A stretch of 64,000 nucleotides of DNA, taken from Paramoeba atlantica (taxonomy: Eukaryota; Protista; Discosea). The DNA is taken from the NCBI GenBank assembly GCA_977017575.1, contig CDRNVI010000103.1, positions 1 to 64,000 of the forward strand. The letters are read 5' to 3'. Positions within the stretch are counted from its first letter, which is position 1; every line of letters begins with the position of its first letter. Shown piece after piece: positions 10,586 through 21,864 of the stretch. A program made the translations under genes and the position numbers. The notes beneath the pieces are model-generated. The model did no database searches. It had not been told where the DNA came from and worked only from the letters and a program-made list of their open reading frames with translations.

Positions 10586-11278
10586 ATGCGACCTGAAGAC
10601 CGATATCTAGACGTAAACCTGTGTAATCTGCGTTTTACGTATTCAAAAATTAATCCACATTTTAGTTGCGGACGAACCTTGCAAAGCACACTGAAATCGT
10701 TACATGAAAAAAGAATTACGCTGGAAGATTTACCCGCCCTCACAATACTTATGAAAAACCCTTCAATACCGAATAGAGTAAGAAGCAATCAAGGGCGCTT
10801 AAAAAAGACCCACCAAAACGACAAACAATCAGAAATCGAATATTACTGTCTCAACAACCGCAGACTATATGTAATCAAACGCTATATGCTCGAGGCAGGA
10901 CTTTTCTCGCGAGAAGACATGAGAGTGGGTGAAAGAACGTTTTCTGAAAATTTGGACTCTGAAAAGGAAAGGCAATGCGAGATTTCTTCTAGTATTAACA
11001 CTGTTCCATTAGAAGAAAATAAGGAAAGGGTGAAATCGTCCGGCAGAGAATTTGCTTTTCAACCGTTAAATTCCACTTTTTCAAAGAATGAACTCCCACG
11101 TACGCTTCGAGTTCGAGTTCGTCCTATGAACGCGAAAGAAGAACCGAAATACAACGCAGAGAGCTGCGGTCTGTATACTCGTGTAATTGGTGCAGGAGTC
11201 ACGCGGGCGGCAAGACAGCGACAAGCCTGTGAGCCTCCTAATACGTACAAATTGGACTTGCCTGCATCATCGAAGTGA
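10586..11278 (+). CDS. Hypothetical protein with ParB/Srx-like motif
   Basis: LRFTYSKINPHFSCGRTLQSTL...LPALTIL...YYCLNNRRLYVIK. Confidence 0.55.
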   Translation: MRPEDRYLDVNLCNLRFTYSKINPHFSCGRTLQSTLKSLHEKRITLEDLPALTILMKNPSIPNRVRSNQGRLKKTHQNDKQSEIEYYCLNNRRLYVIKRYMLEAGLFSREDMRVGERTFSENLDSEKERQCEISSSINTVPLEENKERVKSSGREFAFQPLNSTFSKNELPRTLRVRVRPMNAKEEPKYNAESCGLYTRVIGAGVTRAARQRQACEPPNTYKLDLPASSK

Positions 11279-11654
11279 GGAATGGAGATATCCATACATA
11301 CAACTGGACTCAGGATGAGTTCTTTTTTGTCGAGCTTTTCTGTCATAGTATAGCGATTCTGTAGCGAGCTTACATCAGTATGTATCTAGCGATGTACAGT
11401 GTCAGCAACAGGCAGCAGCAAAGGAATTTCATCCGCCCTGTCGTCGACGAAAGCTGTAAACCTCTAAGCTCTGAAAGGAAAGTGAACAGGAATTCTTTTC
11501 TCACGCTTCGTATTTAAGCCTACAGCGCCTCTTCTTCTTTCTCCACAGTGGATAACCGTTTCCATCCGTTTTCTAGAGGCATGGTTCGACGCGCAGCTGA
11601 ACTTGAATGCACTTCTTACATGTCATCAATGGTTTCTGGTCTTTGTTTATTCTT

Positions 11655-11720
11655 TTATGTTTTAAGGATACTCCAAAGATTCCCTATTGGATTCGAGTCC
11701 GGTGAATCTGTTGGCCATCG
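11655..11720 (-). pseudogene. Degenerate Tc1 transposase relic
   Basis: Minus strand reads RWPTDSPDSNPIGNLWSILKT*, a decayed WPxxSPDLNPIENLW motif. Confidence 0.7.
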
Positions 11721-12058
11721 TGAATATTGTGAACTGGGATTTAAACTGCTCTTTGACTGACGCTTTATTTTGGTTAACTGTCTAATTTGACTGTCTGAAT
11801 GCACTCGACTGTAATTTTCTCTTTACGTATTTTGTCATCTGGAAGCTTCTGAAAAAGAAATTTATTTACAGGAATTTGCTAAGATCTTGGATAGAGTGTG
11901 CATCTGATGGTAGGTGTATAAAAAAACGTGCCGAGCCAACATCACCCTATTAATTAAGAACTCTTTTTGAAACTCGTATTTTCTATTAAGGATGAATTTT
12001 TACCTGAAATTGGTCTTCAAAGGACTTACCTAGACGTATTTTTCAACTATTCAATTAC

Positions 12059-12856
12059 ATGCTTTCAATAATTTCTTTGGTCGACAGTCCCGTGACTTGC
12101 TTTAAATCACGCGCCGCCAAAATTAGTGTCGCGAATCTCCCTCCGGAATTCGAACTTGCGAAACTATTTCAAGATGTCATTAATCCACACCCTTCTTGGA
12201 CTACTGGAACTGCTGCTTGTACGTGGTATGGCGTGGAGTGCATTGAAGCCAAGATTTGCAATATTAAATTGGAAAGGCGTCCCTCATCTGTTTTACCATT
12301 CAGTGGTGCACTTCGCTTTGAACATCTTCCACGATCTCTTTTAGAGTTGAATATCCAGTCGACTGACATCACGGGCAAAGTGCAGCTCATCGACCTGCCC
12401 CCTAAGCTTCATAGCTTGGTTCTTTCTGGAAACAAATTTTACGGGTCATTGGACTTAGTGTCTCTCCCGAACCTTATTAAATGGCTTTCATTGAATAAAA
12501 ATCGGTTTTCAGGGAATATATGCCTGAGTGGGCTGCCGGCACAAATCAGACGTCTTCTTCTCGACAACAATGCTCTTACCGGAGCGCCCGACTTGACATC
12601 GCTTCCGAGTCTGATACAGGAAGTAAGTCTTCATAATAATATGTTTTCAGGGATAATTGACCTGACTCAGCTTCCTCCTTCATTGCGGCGTCTCACACTG
12701 GAAAACAACGAAGAGCTCAATGCGGAAGTGGAGAAGTCACGACTGCCCACGTTCTTGAATGCATACATAGAAGGGAACGGCGCATTCATGCACAGACAGA
12801 ATAGTTTGTTTACCTTTCTAAACACGAAAATCTGCATTGCGAAACACGTTCCTTAG
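12059..12856 (+). CDS. LRR family protein
   Basis: LPPEFEL...NPHPSW...CTWYGVEC cap plus LRRs. Confidence 0.9.
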   Translation: MLSIISLVDSPVTCFKSRAAKISVANLPPEFELAKLFQDVINPHPSWTTGTAACTWYGVECIEAKICNIKLERRPSSVLPFSGALRFEHLPRSLLELNIQSTDITGKVQLIDLPPKLHSLVLSGNKFYGSLDLVSLPNLIKWLSLNKNRFSGNICLSGLPAQIRRLLLDNNALTGAPDLTSLPSLIQEVSLHNNMFSGIIDLTQLPPSLRRLTLENNEELNAEVEKSRLPTFLNAYIEGNGAFMHRQNSLFTFLNTKICIAKHVP

Positions 12857-13417
12857 TAGTCTTAGATTTCGAAGTTTCCTTTTTCGGATTTACCAGCTCC
12901 TCGTGCCGTAGAAGGCCGAAGTAGCCTACAGCAAACCCTTTCGCCAAATGTAACTTCCTGATTGCCTACCAGCTAGTACAAACGTACTAGCTCATGAAAC
13001 TTTTGCCCTGCAGCAGGTCATCTAGGAATCTTGACTTTACAGATTTAAAACGTCTTTGGAATCTACTGTGTCTAACAATGTCAAAAACTTCTTTAGTTGC
13101 TTGGTTAAACGTGGTGGTTGCTTTCAACGTGGAAGGCACTGCCCCTGCGCGCTTCGCGCTGAAAACTACCTCTGCATTTAACGATGCGACAAAAATTGTA
13201 AAATAAAATCGATAAAAATTAACATTCTATATGACGAACCATTTTCGAGAATGTCCACGTGACTCTGTGAGAGCTCTCCAACGCGCTATTATTTTCGTAA
13301 ATTCGCCGAGTCATACATATTTCGATCCCCCGTATTTTCGTGCCCACCCCTGTATATTTTTCTAATTTACCCACTATTCCAGAGAATGGTAATTAATGCA
13401 ATAGATCCCCACTGTCA

Positions 13418-14860
13418 ATGGATTGTGCAATCTGTTATTTACCACTTTTTGGCGACCTCCTCTCCCCGGAAACGGCTTTTTCTGAGCTTCCCAGCGAGAC
13501 CACAGCTATCTCGAGCACTACCTGTGGGCACTGCTTTCACACTCCTTGTATCACACAAGCCTTGCGACTTCTTCCTCAGTGTCCGACATGTAACGCCGCA
13601 CAGCAGCCTCACGCAGTCCATGCACTGTACTTGAATTTAGCATCACTCTACCCCCCAGACATTTTAACAGGATCGAGCCGAAACGTTTCCTCCACACCTT
13701 CGGCGGTTTCTCGCTTGCAACGGATACACTTAGGAAAGAAAATCCGGGCACAGCTTCGTTCGATTGATTCACTAAACCGTGCCAGGGAAGAGAACACAGC
13801 GCAACTCCATGCATGTCATGACGAGATTGACACCACGCAAGAAAGTCTACATGCCGCATCCGGAGAGCTTAGCGAATTACAAGACTCCTCTGCGAAGCTG
13901 CTGCAAGAAAATGCCGCACTGGAAGTACATTGTGAGAAACTGGAAGCCATCCATGTGGGGGCGCAATTTATGGAAGGCGGAAAAATCGACGAAAGCCGCC
14001 TGGGTCTGGCACGTATTCCTCCACGGGTGCACGAGTGTATGCGTGCCACGCGAAGGATGCTAACACACTGTCAAAGCGACTTGGAGATGGCCCAAAAACT
14101 TCATCAAAAGATGAAGAACGAAAATGAAGCGCTACGCCAGAAACTGTATCTCTATAAAGCACGAAGAAGGGGACACACATGGCAAGCGAGAGGTCACCGA
14201 GAGAAAGGGGTCACGAACGAATTGAAGCGCTATCCTGTCGGAAAAAACGATTTGCCCTCGCAGAATCATTCCCCAGTTTTACGAAATCATACTGTTGATT
14301 CGTGTGCTATTCAGTCTGTTTACTCTGCGAATCGTATTTCTTATGCGGATCGCGTAGGTAGCTCCTCGGATTCCAGACCTAACAAATTTGAAGTAAATGA
14401 AGTTTTAGATAAACCGCATGTTTCCTTAGTATCCGCAAGACAGAATGGTGAGAATCAAGATTCAATCGATTTGCTTCGAGCAGGTAAGCTAAACGGTGAT
14501 GAAAATTGCACGAAAAGCAATATCCCATTTACACCTCAAGAGGCCAAACAATTATTTTCCCCAAGTGAATGCAGCCCTATGAATGTGGACATAGACTCCT
14601 CCTTGCAACCAATGCAAACGCAAAACTCAAGTATAACCTCCACTAGCAGCAGTCAAGTTTTCAGCAATGAAAGGTGCGAAGTTATAGAACTTTCACCCCA
14701 GAAAAGTAAAGTTGCACCGCGCACACCAGGACAAAAAAGGTGTCCTAAATTGTCTCAAAAATCACAACTCTCTACGTCTTCATTGACATTTACAGTTGTA
14801 CCGCACCATAACACTCATGTAGTTCGCAATGTTGTAGAGGAAATTGATCTAAACATCTAG
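13418..14860 (+). CDS. RING-H2 (TRAIP-like) coiled-coil protein
   Basis: CAICYLP...TTCGHCFHTPC...CPTC, then coiled coil and Ser-rich tail. Confidence 0.8.
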   Translation: MDCAICYLPLFGDLLSPETAFSELPSETTAISSTTCGHCFHTPCITQALRLLPQCPTCNAAQQPHAVHALYLNLASLYPPDILTGSSRNVSSTPSAVSRLQRIHLGKKIRAQLRSIDSLNRAREENTAQLHACHDEIDTTQESLHAASGELSELQDSSAKLLQENAALEVHCEKLEAIHVGAQFMEGGKIDESRLGLARIPPRVHECMRATRRMLTHCQSDLEMAQKLHQKMKNENEALRQKLYLYKARRRGHTWQARGHREKGVTNELKRYPVGKNDLPSQNHSPVLRNHTVDSCAIQSVYSANRISYADRVGSSSDSRPNKFEVNEVLDKPHVSLVSARQNGENQDSIDLLRAGKLNGDENCTKSNIPFTPQEAKQLFSPSECSPMNVDIDSSLQPMQTQNSSITSTSSSQVFSNERCEVIELSPQKSKVAPRTPGQKRCPKLSQKSQLSTSSLTFTVVPHHNTHVVRNVVEEIDLNI

Positions 14861-15024
14861 AATGACACCAAACAAGACACTCGAATTTCTTATCAAATCA
14901 ATATCGCCTTGTTGAGTGTAGGTGTTTGTAAGAAGCGGTGCATTCACGTACACGTTGGCGTCATTCCTTCAGCTCCGTCCTCTTTTTTTTTCATTTTTTC
15001 TTCTCCCGCCATGAGAATGCCGCC

Positions 15025-17016
15025 ATGAGTACCGCGACGGATTGCCCCATCTGCTACCTCCCTCTCCTCACCGAGGCCGCGGACACGCCCCCTCCACAGC
15101 CCGAACCGGACAATCCCCCGCTTCCCCCCTCCCCCATCTCCAGCACCACCTGCGGACACTGTTTCCACACCGCCTGCCTGCACCAAGCCCTCACGTACCT
15201 CCGACGCTGTCCCTCCTGTCGGGCCCCGCAGGAGATTTACGAGACCCACCCGCTCCACCTGCAGCACCTGCAGAATCCGAATTTTCCGTTTGTTCAAAGC
15301 ACAGGGGGGGAAGAAGAAGAAGAACAGGAAGAAGAAGAAGAAGAACAACAACAAGAAATACAAGAAAGAGAAGGCTCTGAACGTTTTGATAAAAATGGAT
15401 TCAATTCTTCAAGAGCGCTTGACATCGAAGGAGGAGAAGGGGGCGTAGGTCTACAAAACGACAACGGTGTAAAGGCAAAGAATGCGCTTTATGGAAAAAT
15501 ACAATCCAATGGTGAGGCCATTGCCTCGCTCTCCGAGGTTTATCTACGTGACCGGCAGGGCTTGCTGTTGTCGCAGACAAAGCTCTCCGAGACCCGGTGG
15601 AATGTGGAGATCAAACAAGGCGAGATCTCTCGTCTTCGTCAGGATACCGCGCTGTTGTATGAGACCAAACTAAAGCTAATGGATCGGTGTGAGTCGATGC
15701 AGTCTACCGAGGAGAGGTTGGGGGCGGAGAATGAGGGGGAGGAGACGGTGCTCAGTTCGCTCGGACTTGCCCATTTACCGGCGAAAGTGGTCGAGTGCAT
15801 GAGATCCACGCGACGAGTCCTGGAATCCCGACGGAAGGAGCTGCGTGTGATGCAAATGCGCTACCAGAATGTGTTACGGGATAATGAGCGGCTGCGAGGG
15901 AAGTTACAAAAGGAACAATCGAGAGCACAGGGCGCAGTAAAGGGAATGGACACGGAACGGTTGAGGCGTGTGGAGAGCTGGCAAATCGAAGCCGCACTCT
16001 CACCCCAGAGAACGAAAGTTTTTTCGCAGGAACAAGCAGAGAAGCCCCCACCGATGGTTTACGTGGAAACTTTGCATGGCTCTTCAGATTTCGCAATAAA
16101 AGGCAAGACGAAGTTTGCATCAGATCCCGTTGAGACGTTGTCGAGTACGGAACGTGGAATACAGAGCACTCGAAAACGGACACGTTATGATGTGACATCA
16201 TTTTCACACCCAGATGATTCGCAAATTTCATCTAGTCGGGCGGTATCTCCGAAGGGTGGTCCTCCTGAAGAAAGTTGGCGAAGAGTTTGTGAAACGAACA
16301 CGATAAATATTACTGATGTAATCGATCCTGCACCTCACCCCCTTCCTACAGGAATTGTGACCTCATCGAGTCCTACTTTCCAACAGAAGAAGCCTAACCT
16401 CTACATTTCGAACGATGCCGTTGTGGAACAATTTGGTAGTGAGGACGAATCGTTCGAGTTGATTCGTCATTTATCATCGCACGATTCGGCGGTAACTAAT
16501 CCACAAAAATCACAACGTTCCACACATCGGTCGTCTTCGCAAATCGATAATTTATCATCAACTGCTTCTCAATCACGAAAAGGTGAAGTCATCTCTTTGT
16601 GCCAGAGCTCCTCTCACGGGGATTCGCGCAACTCTGCTGAATGTGAAACTGTCGATCTTGTGAAAGAAAAAATATTATCATCACGAAAGGGATTCACCTC
16701 GCGTAAAGAACAAATCACAAGTTCGCACATTTTATCCAGTGAGAATTCGGATGAACAAAGCGCGCTGGTCATCCCGGGAAGTCACCGAACGAGAACAGCT
16801 TGTAAAACGAATGCAAACCATCACCCCGACGCAACGACATCCGTAGCGGCCCGGGTGGTACAGATTTCGACACCCTCTCAGCATGCTAACACGAGTAACA
16901 TGAATCGTGCTCATACGAAAAATCGAGGAATAAACTCGAGCACAAAATTTTCAGTGCCTCCCAAACAACAGAATGGCACGAAGACTAAGGCGCGTGTCAT
17001 GACATGTGTACTATAG
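15025..17016 (+). CDS. RING-H2 coiled-coil protein, tandem paralog
   Basis: CPICYLP...TTCGHCFHTAC...CPSCR. Shares LGLAxxPxxVxECMRxTRRxL with the upstream gene. Start inferred at Met30. Confidence 0.8.
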   Translation: MSTATDCPICYLPLLTEAADTPPPQPEPDNPPLPPSPISSTTCGHCFHTACLHQALTYLRRCPSCRAPQEIYETHPLHLQHLQNPNFPFVQSTGGEEEEEQEEEEEEQQQEIQEREGSERFDKNGFNSSRALDIEGGEGGVGLQNDNGVKAKNALYGKIQSNGEAIASLSEVYLRDRQGLLLSQTKLSETRWNVEIKQGEISRLRQDTALLYETKLKLMDRCESMQSTEERLGAENEGEETVLSSLGLAHLPAKVVECMRSTRRVLESRRKELRVMQMRYQNVLRDNERLRGKLQKEQSRAQGAVKGMDTERLRRVESWQIEAALSPQRTKVFSQEQAEKPPPMVYVETLHGSSDFAIKGKTKFASDPVETLSSTERGIQSTRKRTRYDVTSFSHPDDSQISSSRAVSPKGGPPEESWRRVCETNTINITDVIDPAPHPLPTGIVTSSSPTFQQKKPNLYISNDAVVEQFGSEDESFELIRHLSSHDSAVTNPQKSQRSTHRSSSQIDNLSSTASQSRKGEVISLCQSSSHGDSRNSAECETVDLVKEKILSSRKGFTSRKEQITSSHILSSENSDEQSALVIPGSHRTRTACKTNANHHPDATTSVAARVVQISTPSQHANTSNMNRAHTKNRGINSSTKFSVPPKQQNGTKTKARVMTCVL

Positions 17017-17229
17017 AGTAGATTTAGCTCCTGCAACTTTACATTTATGGTATGACATCTTTAAACGTATTTTCTAATTTTCAAAGAACGCATGATCGTG
17101 TTTCATCAAGCATAGAAGTTTTTATTACGCTTTAGTTCAGCGTTCTTTTTCTACTAATTTCTCTTAATGAATTTCTACCAATGTTCCTTTCCCCCCTCCA
17201 TATTTTACAGATACTCGGTTAGGCCTAAC

Positions 17230-17990
17230 TCGGTTAGGCAAGGCGAGGGCCCCACTACCGCAAGAGTATGAATTAGCAGCGTTCATACGGGACGTGGAGA
17301 ATCCGTATCCTACGTGGAACACAAGTACAAGCATGTAAGTGGAAGAGCGTTACATGCAGCAAGGAAGGGAGGGTACAGAAGGTGAACTGGAGTTGGAATG
17401 GCGATCATGAAATGCCGTGTCATTTTAATTATCGGAAATTGAGAGGTATTTTGCACTGGAATGAATTGCCTGGGACAATTACCTCTGTACGGGTTACTGA
17501 AAACGCTTTTCGTGGAACGGTGTGCTTTCGAGCACTTCCACATGAACTGGTCTTATTACAGCTAGAAAGAAATGCATTCGAGGGTACCTTGGACCTGAAT
17601 GAATTGCCACAAAAACTGTTGCAGGGTTATGTATCGTTTAACAAATTTTATCGGCTACCTTGATCTTCGAAGCTTGCCGCCATCTATTACGGAACTATGG
17701 TCCCAGGAGAATTCTTTTCATGGTGGTCTCATCCTTACTTGTCTGCCTAACTCTTTGAATTTTTCTCGATCTCTCAAAGAACAGGTTCGAAGGCGATGTG
17801 AATTTGGATCATCTCCCCAAGAAGATGGGTTATCTTAATCTTTCAGATAACGTAAATCTGTGTGGTATGTACCGGGTATGGTTGCTGCCGACGTCAATGT
17901 ACGATCGGTATTGGACGGAATGGTGTTCGTGTACGTATGCAATGCACTCATTTATTTTTTCTTCGACGCTCATTGAGGAAGACGCGTGAA
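17230..17990 (+). pseudogene. Frameshifted LRR gene
   Basis: LPQEYEL-like cap sequence, then LRR pieces split across ORFs 17382, 17599 and 17798. Confidence 0.8.
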
Positions 17991-18550
17991 CCCTAAGATT
18001 TTTTCGATACAAGACGTGCGAAAAGGGGTACAAAAAGCAGATTTGGGACCAAAATAGCCGAATCTGGGGAAGACATTTTTGGGTGGCAAATCTGACACTG
18101 GTCCTGACTTGGACTTCGGCTCGGACCATGCGAATGTAACTTTTCAAGAACACTCCTTTTTCCTTCTTTATTAAACCGTGTTCCATGTTAATGTACCTGT
18201 ACAATAGGTGGGAACCTTTGGGTTTATCTCATTATGTTCAATTCCGCAAAAAACGAGGTATCGAAACCTCAGTTTCCAAATATTTTTCTCCAGACGCGTA
18301 AAATAGGTCACACAGCTTCCCAGCTCTCTGTGCGCGCACCCGCGCTGTTGGGGTAATGCCATAACACATTAATTACCGCTCCATATACTGTTGAATAAGT
18401 GGAGTATTGTATCATCTATTGTTAGCAATCGGACATTGTTCGTAAACAAAAACTGCCAACAATAGACGTACCCCTCGCTTTAGATACTTGCGCATCTTCT
18501 TCAATAAATATTTTTCTGTTATTTACAGTACACTTCAATACTTTTCCTTT

Positions 18551-19120
18551 ATGGACGTCTCTCGTGCACATAAAGTGCGTGGTACTTCTCTTCCACCTGA
18601 GTTTATGCTTATTCGAATGATTGAAAATATTCAGAACCCACACCCATCATGGACGGCAGATATACCAGCATCTGGGTGGCAAGGAGTAGTGTGTTTCGAA
18701 AACGGTGACGTTGAAAAAGTTAGGTTTGAAGCGGAGGAATTAAGCGGATCTCTAAGTTGGGACATGCTACCTCGCTCACTTACTTTTTTTTCTGTTCATC
18801 AGAGCAATCTAATGGGGGAAGTAGACCTCAGTGACTTGCCCCCAAAACTCAAATTTTTAGATGGTTCTTATAACACCTTTACAGGGGGACTTGATTTATG
18901 TCATCTTCCAATGTTGCTTGAAGAGATCTTCTTTTCCGAGAACCGGTTAAGTGGGCAAGTTGATTTTTCTCATCTTCCACATCATTTGCGTTCACTTGCT
19001 TTGAGACACAATCGACTACTTGAGGGTGAAATGCGGCTTAGTGAACTTCCTTTAAGTTTAAGTTATCGTCCAATACAAGAAACTTCCATTGTATTTATTG
19101 ATGATTCCGAAACAAACTAG
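18551..19120 (+). CDS. LRR family protein
   Basis: MDVSRAHKVRGTSLPPEF cap. Close paralog of 41898-42467. Confidence 0.88.
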   Translation: MDVSRAHKVRGTSLPPEFMLIRMIENIQNPHPSWTADIPASGWQGVVCFENGDVEKVRFEAEELSGSLSWDMLPRSLTFFSVHQSNLMGEVDLSDLPPKLKFLDGSYNTFTGGLDLCHLPMLLEEIFFSENRLSGQVDFSHLPHHLRSLALRHNRLLEGEMRLSELPLSLSYRPIQETSIVFIDDSETN

Positions 19121-19731
19121 ATCACATCTTGTTTCAAGTGTGATGTCAATTGAAAATTAATAAAAGTGAAATTAAAGGAAGGTCCGACAACCGTAAAAGC
19201 AAAATCACCTCATGAATCACATTTTTTTGAAATATCTTGCGTTGCTTCAGTATTTTTGGTATTTTATAATGCCCTATGTGGGGTGTGTTCGATTTTTCTG
19301 TAAAAAAGAGCTCACTTTGATCAAGGTTTCTCTGGGCCGAGGAGGGTTGTGTGCAGTGGCTAAAAAATCCAAATTTCCATTGAAATCGTTCCCGATCTAG
19401 CTTTCACTATATAATATAGTGACCACCCTCCCAAAGTTGAGGAAGCAGTAGCTATTAAAGCCGTAAGGTATAAAAGATAGGAATTTCGGAAAGAATGCTA
19501 TAAAAAAACAACTCTTACTGGAAATTGAAAAACATACTAAATTTTCTTGAATTTAACCTTAATAAACCATATTCCAGGATAGTATACCCATGTCCACTCA
19601 GTGTACCTACCCCCCTCAACATAACAGAAGCGTGAGGTGTACCATTTTCAGAAGCAAAAGTGCAGCATTTCTTAGCAATAACAGACCCAGCCCCTTATTT
19701 GAAGGCCAAGGTGAGCGCTGTAAAATTATTA

Positions 19732-19922
19732 CTATCCCCCCTTATTTAATAGGGCTCCGATTTTGGGCAAAAGGCCCTATTAAAGTGGGGGACATGGAAA
19801 ATAATGTGAAAGAAAAAAAATCGGCGCCGCTTCGCGGCGGATTCGAGAAATTTTTTCCACCTTTCCTGAAATCTTTTTTGGTCTTCTAGACAAAATAGCC
19901 CTATTAAATAGGGGGGGGATGG
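19732..19922. mobile_element. MITE ~190 bp, TA TSD
   Basis: CTATCCCCCCTTATTTAATAGGGCT inverted as AGCCCTATTAAATAGGGGGGGGATGG. TA at both flanks. Confidence 0.75.
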
Positions 19923-20001
19923 TAAAATGTTTTTCGTTTCATAACAATTATTATTGATATTTTTTATTGGGAGCCTGCGATATTAATTGGAATTGTCTAT
20001 A

Positions 20002-20070
20002 TACTGTGCCCCCCCACTTATAGTGCCGCGGTTTTCGACCAAATGGCACTATAAGTGGGGGGGCGTAGTA
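20002..20070. repeat. 69-bp hairpin mini-element
   Basis: 26-bp arms TACTGTGCCCCCCCACTTATAGTGCC / GGCACTATAAGTGGGGGGGCGTAGTA, 17-nt loop. Confidence 0.85.
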
Positions 20071-20514
20071 TGTTTCAGATCGAGGGTGAAAATTTTTCCA
20101 CCTTCAAAAAAAAAGCGCGCGGCTTCGCGGCGCAATTCTTTCTATCATGCGGTTTTGAGTGCCCAAGAGCTGTAAATGGAGTTTCTATTCCACTGCTGGG
20201 TATGAAGTACAGTAGTCGTAAAAGACTACAGTGGTCGTAAAAATGTGAAATAAGATGCCCTACACCCCCGCCAAAAAAGTATTGTAATTTATTAGTATGG
20301 ACCACGAATTTTTGGTCGATATTAATAAATACAATATTTTTTCCATATTATTTCCACGAGTTGCCACTGGCCTCCAAAAAGTTGGACATTATCATATCGG
20401 ATCTGTGCAAACGTATAGTGAAGCATAAAAATAGGAGAGAAATCAATCAGCTTCCCTCGAGATGATCAAGTGGTATTTGTACCACTTCAGAATACTAAGC
20501 GCTGTTTTTACTTA

Positions 20515-21861
20515 TAAAACCCCGCTCACGAATAAGTGACCCCCCCCTTATTTTTAGCACAGGGGGGCGTGGGTGGGTTATCATACCACTTTTTCGTTCA
20601 AAATTTCGAGATCTGTACGTTCCCGCTGTTTTTAGCTCATTTTAAAATTTTAAAATTTAGTCAAAAAAAATAATTGGTTTTTCAACTTTCTTTTCCAAAA
20701 ATGACCAAATCACCATATCGGCTCCCAAAAGGGGGGCTTACGGATAGTGGCAAGGTTCTTCTGAAGATGAGACAGGGAGAAGGTGTTCCGATAAAACAAT
20801 TATCCCGTGATTTTAACGTCTCTAGAAGGATAATCAAAAAATATCTGAACGAAAAAAAATGTAGCGGGGAATACACTTTGAGTCCTGTGACCATTAAAAA
20901 AATCGAATCTCGCAAAAAGAAAATTGAAAAGATATTGGCTCCTCTCGACCCCGCTGGGGTACCAAAATTCAATTCTTCAAGGCGTATAAACGGCCAAATG
21001 TGTAAAAAAGGTATACAAGTTTCGCAAAGCACTGTAAAGCGAGATCTACCATCGCTGGATTACAATTATGCCGCTCGGCCAGTATGCCAAGGGCTTACCG
21101 AACGACAAAAAGCAAAAAATAGTTCAATTTGCTTTGAATTACAAATTGGATACTGCCCGTGTTATTTTTACGGACGAAAAGATATTTGATATCAACGATA
21201 GCAGAAGACACATGTGGGTAAAGCGCGGTCAAAAAGAAGTCCCGCGTCAAAAAGTACGTTGGGCACCAAGATGCCAAGTTTGGGGTGCTGTAGGAGTGGG
21301 GTGGAGGTATTTGGTTATTCTACGAAATGACACATCTATTACAAGTGAGACGTACATAGGAACATTAAAACTGGTAGATTTCCCCCCTAATAGTGTATTT
21401 CAACAGGATGGGGCAACGGCACATACTGCCCGTGCCTCCAAAGAGTATATTGAGAATCGAATGAGTGATGTTCTAAGAAACTGGCCCCCCAACTCGCCCG
21501 ACCTTTCCCCCATAGAAAACGTCTGGTCTATGTTCCAAGAGGCGGTAGACGAACAAACGCCATCGGACAAACCTTCACTTATCCGATGTGTACGTAAAGC
21601 GTGGTCTTCTTTAACTCAAAAAGTGATCGACAAAACAGTATTAAATTTTGATTCTCGACTTAAGGAGTGTATAAGATTGAAGGGCGAAAAAGTGACAAAA
21701 TGGTAATTCCTCTCTAAATTGTTCGTATTCGTTTCTTTTTGTCCCATTTCTTCACACGCAAAGTCTTTGTGTTGAGATCCGCAAAATGCAACAAAAATCA
21801 GCTCAAACGGACATTTGTGCGAAAAAAAAGAAGGGGGTCACTTTTCGTGAGCGGGGGTTTA
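20515..21861 (+). mobile_element. Tc1/IS630-like element, family B (TAAAC-type TIR)
   Basis: TIR TAAAACCCCGCTCACGAATAAGTGACCC vs GGGTCACTTTTCGTGAGCGGGGGTTTA. Contains transposase. Confidence 0.88.
20674..21706 (+). pseudogene. Tc1-like transposase with one frameshift
   Basis: HTH half (20674) and FTDE...QQDGATAH...WPPNSPDLSPIENVW half (21068) join if one A is removed from the A6 run near 21114-21119. Confidence 0.88.
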
Positions 21862-21864
21862 TTA

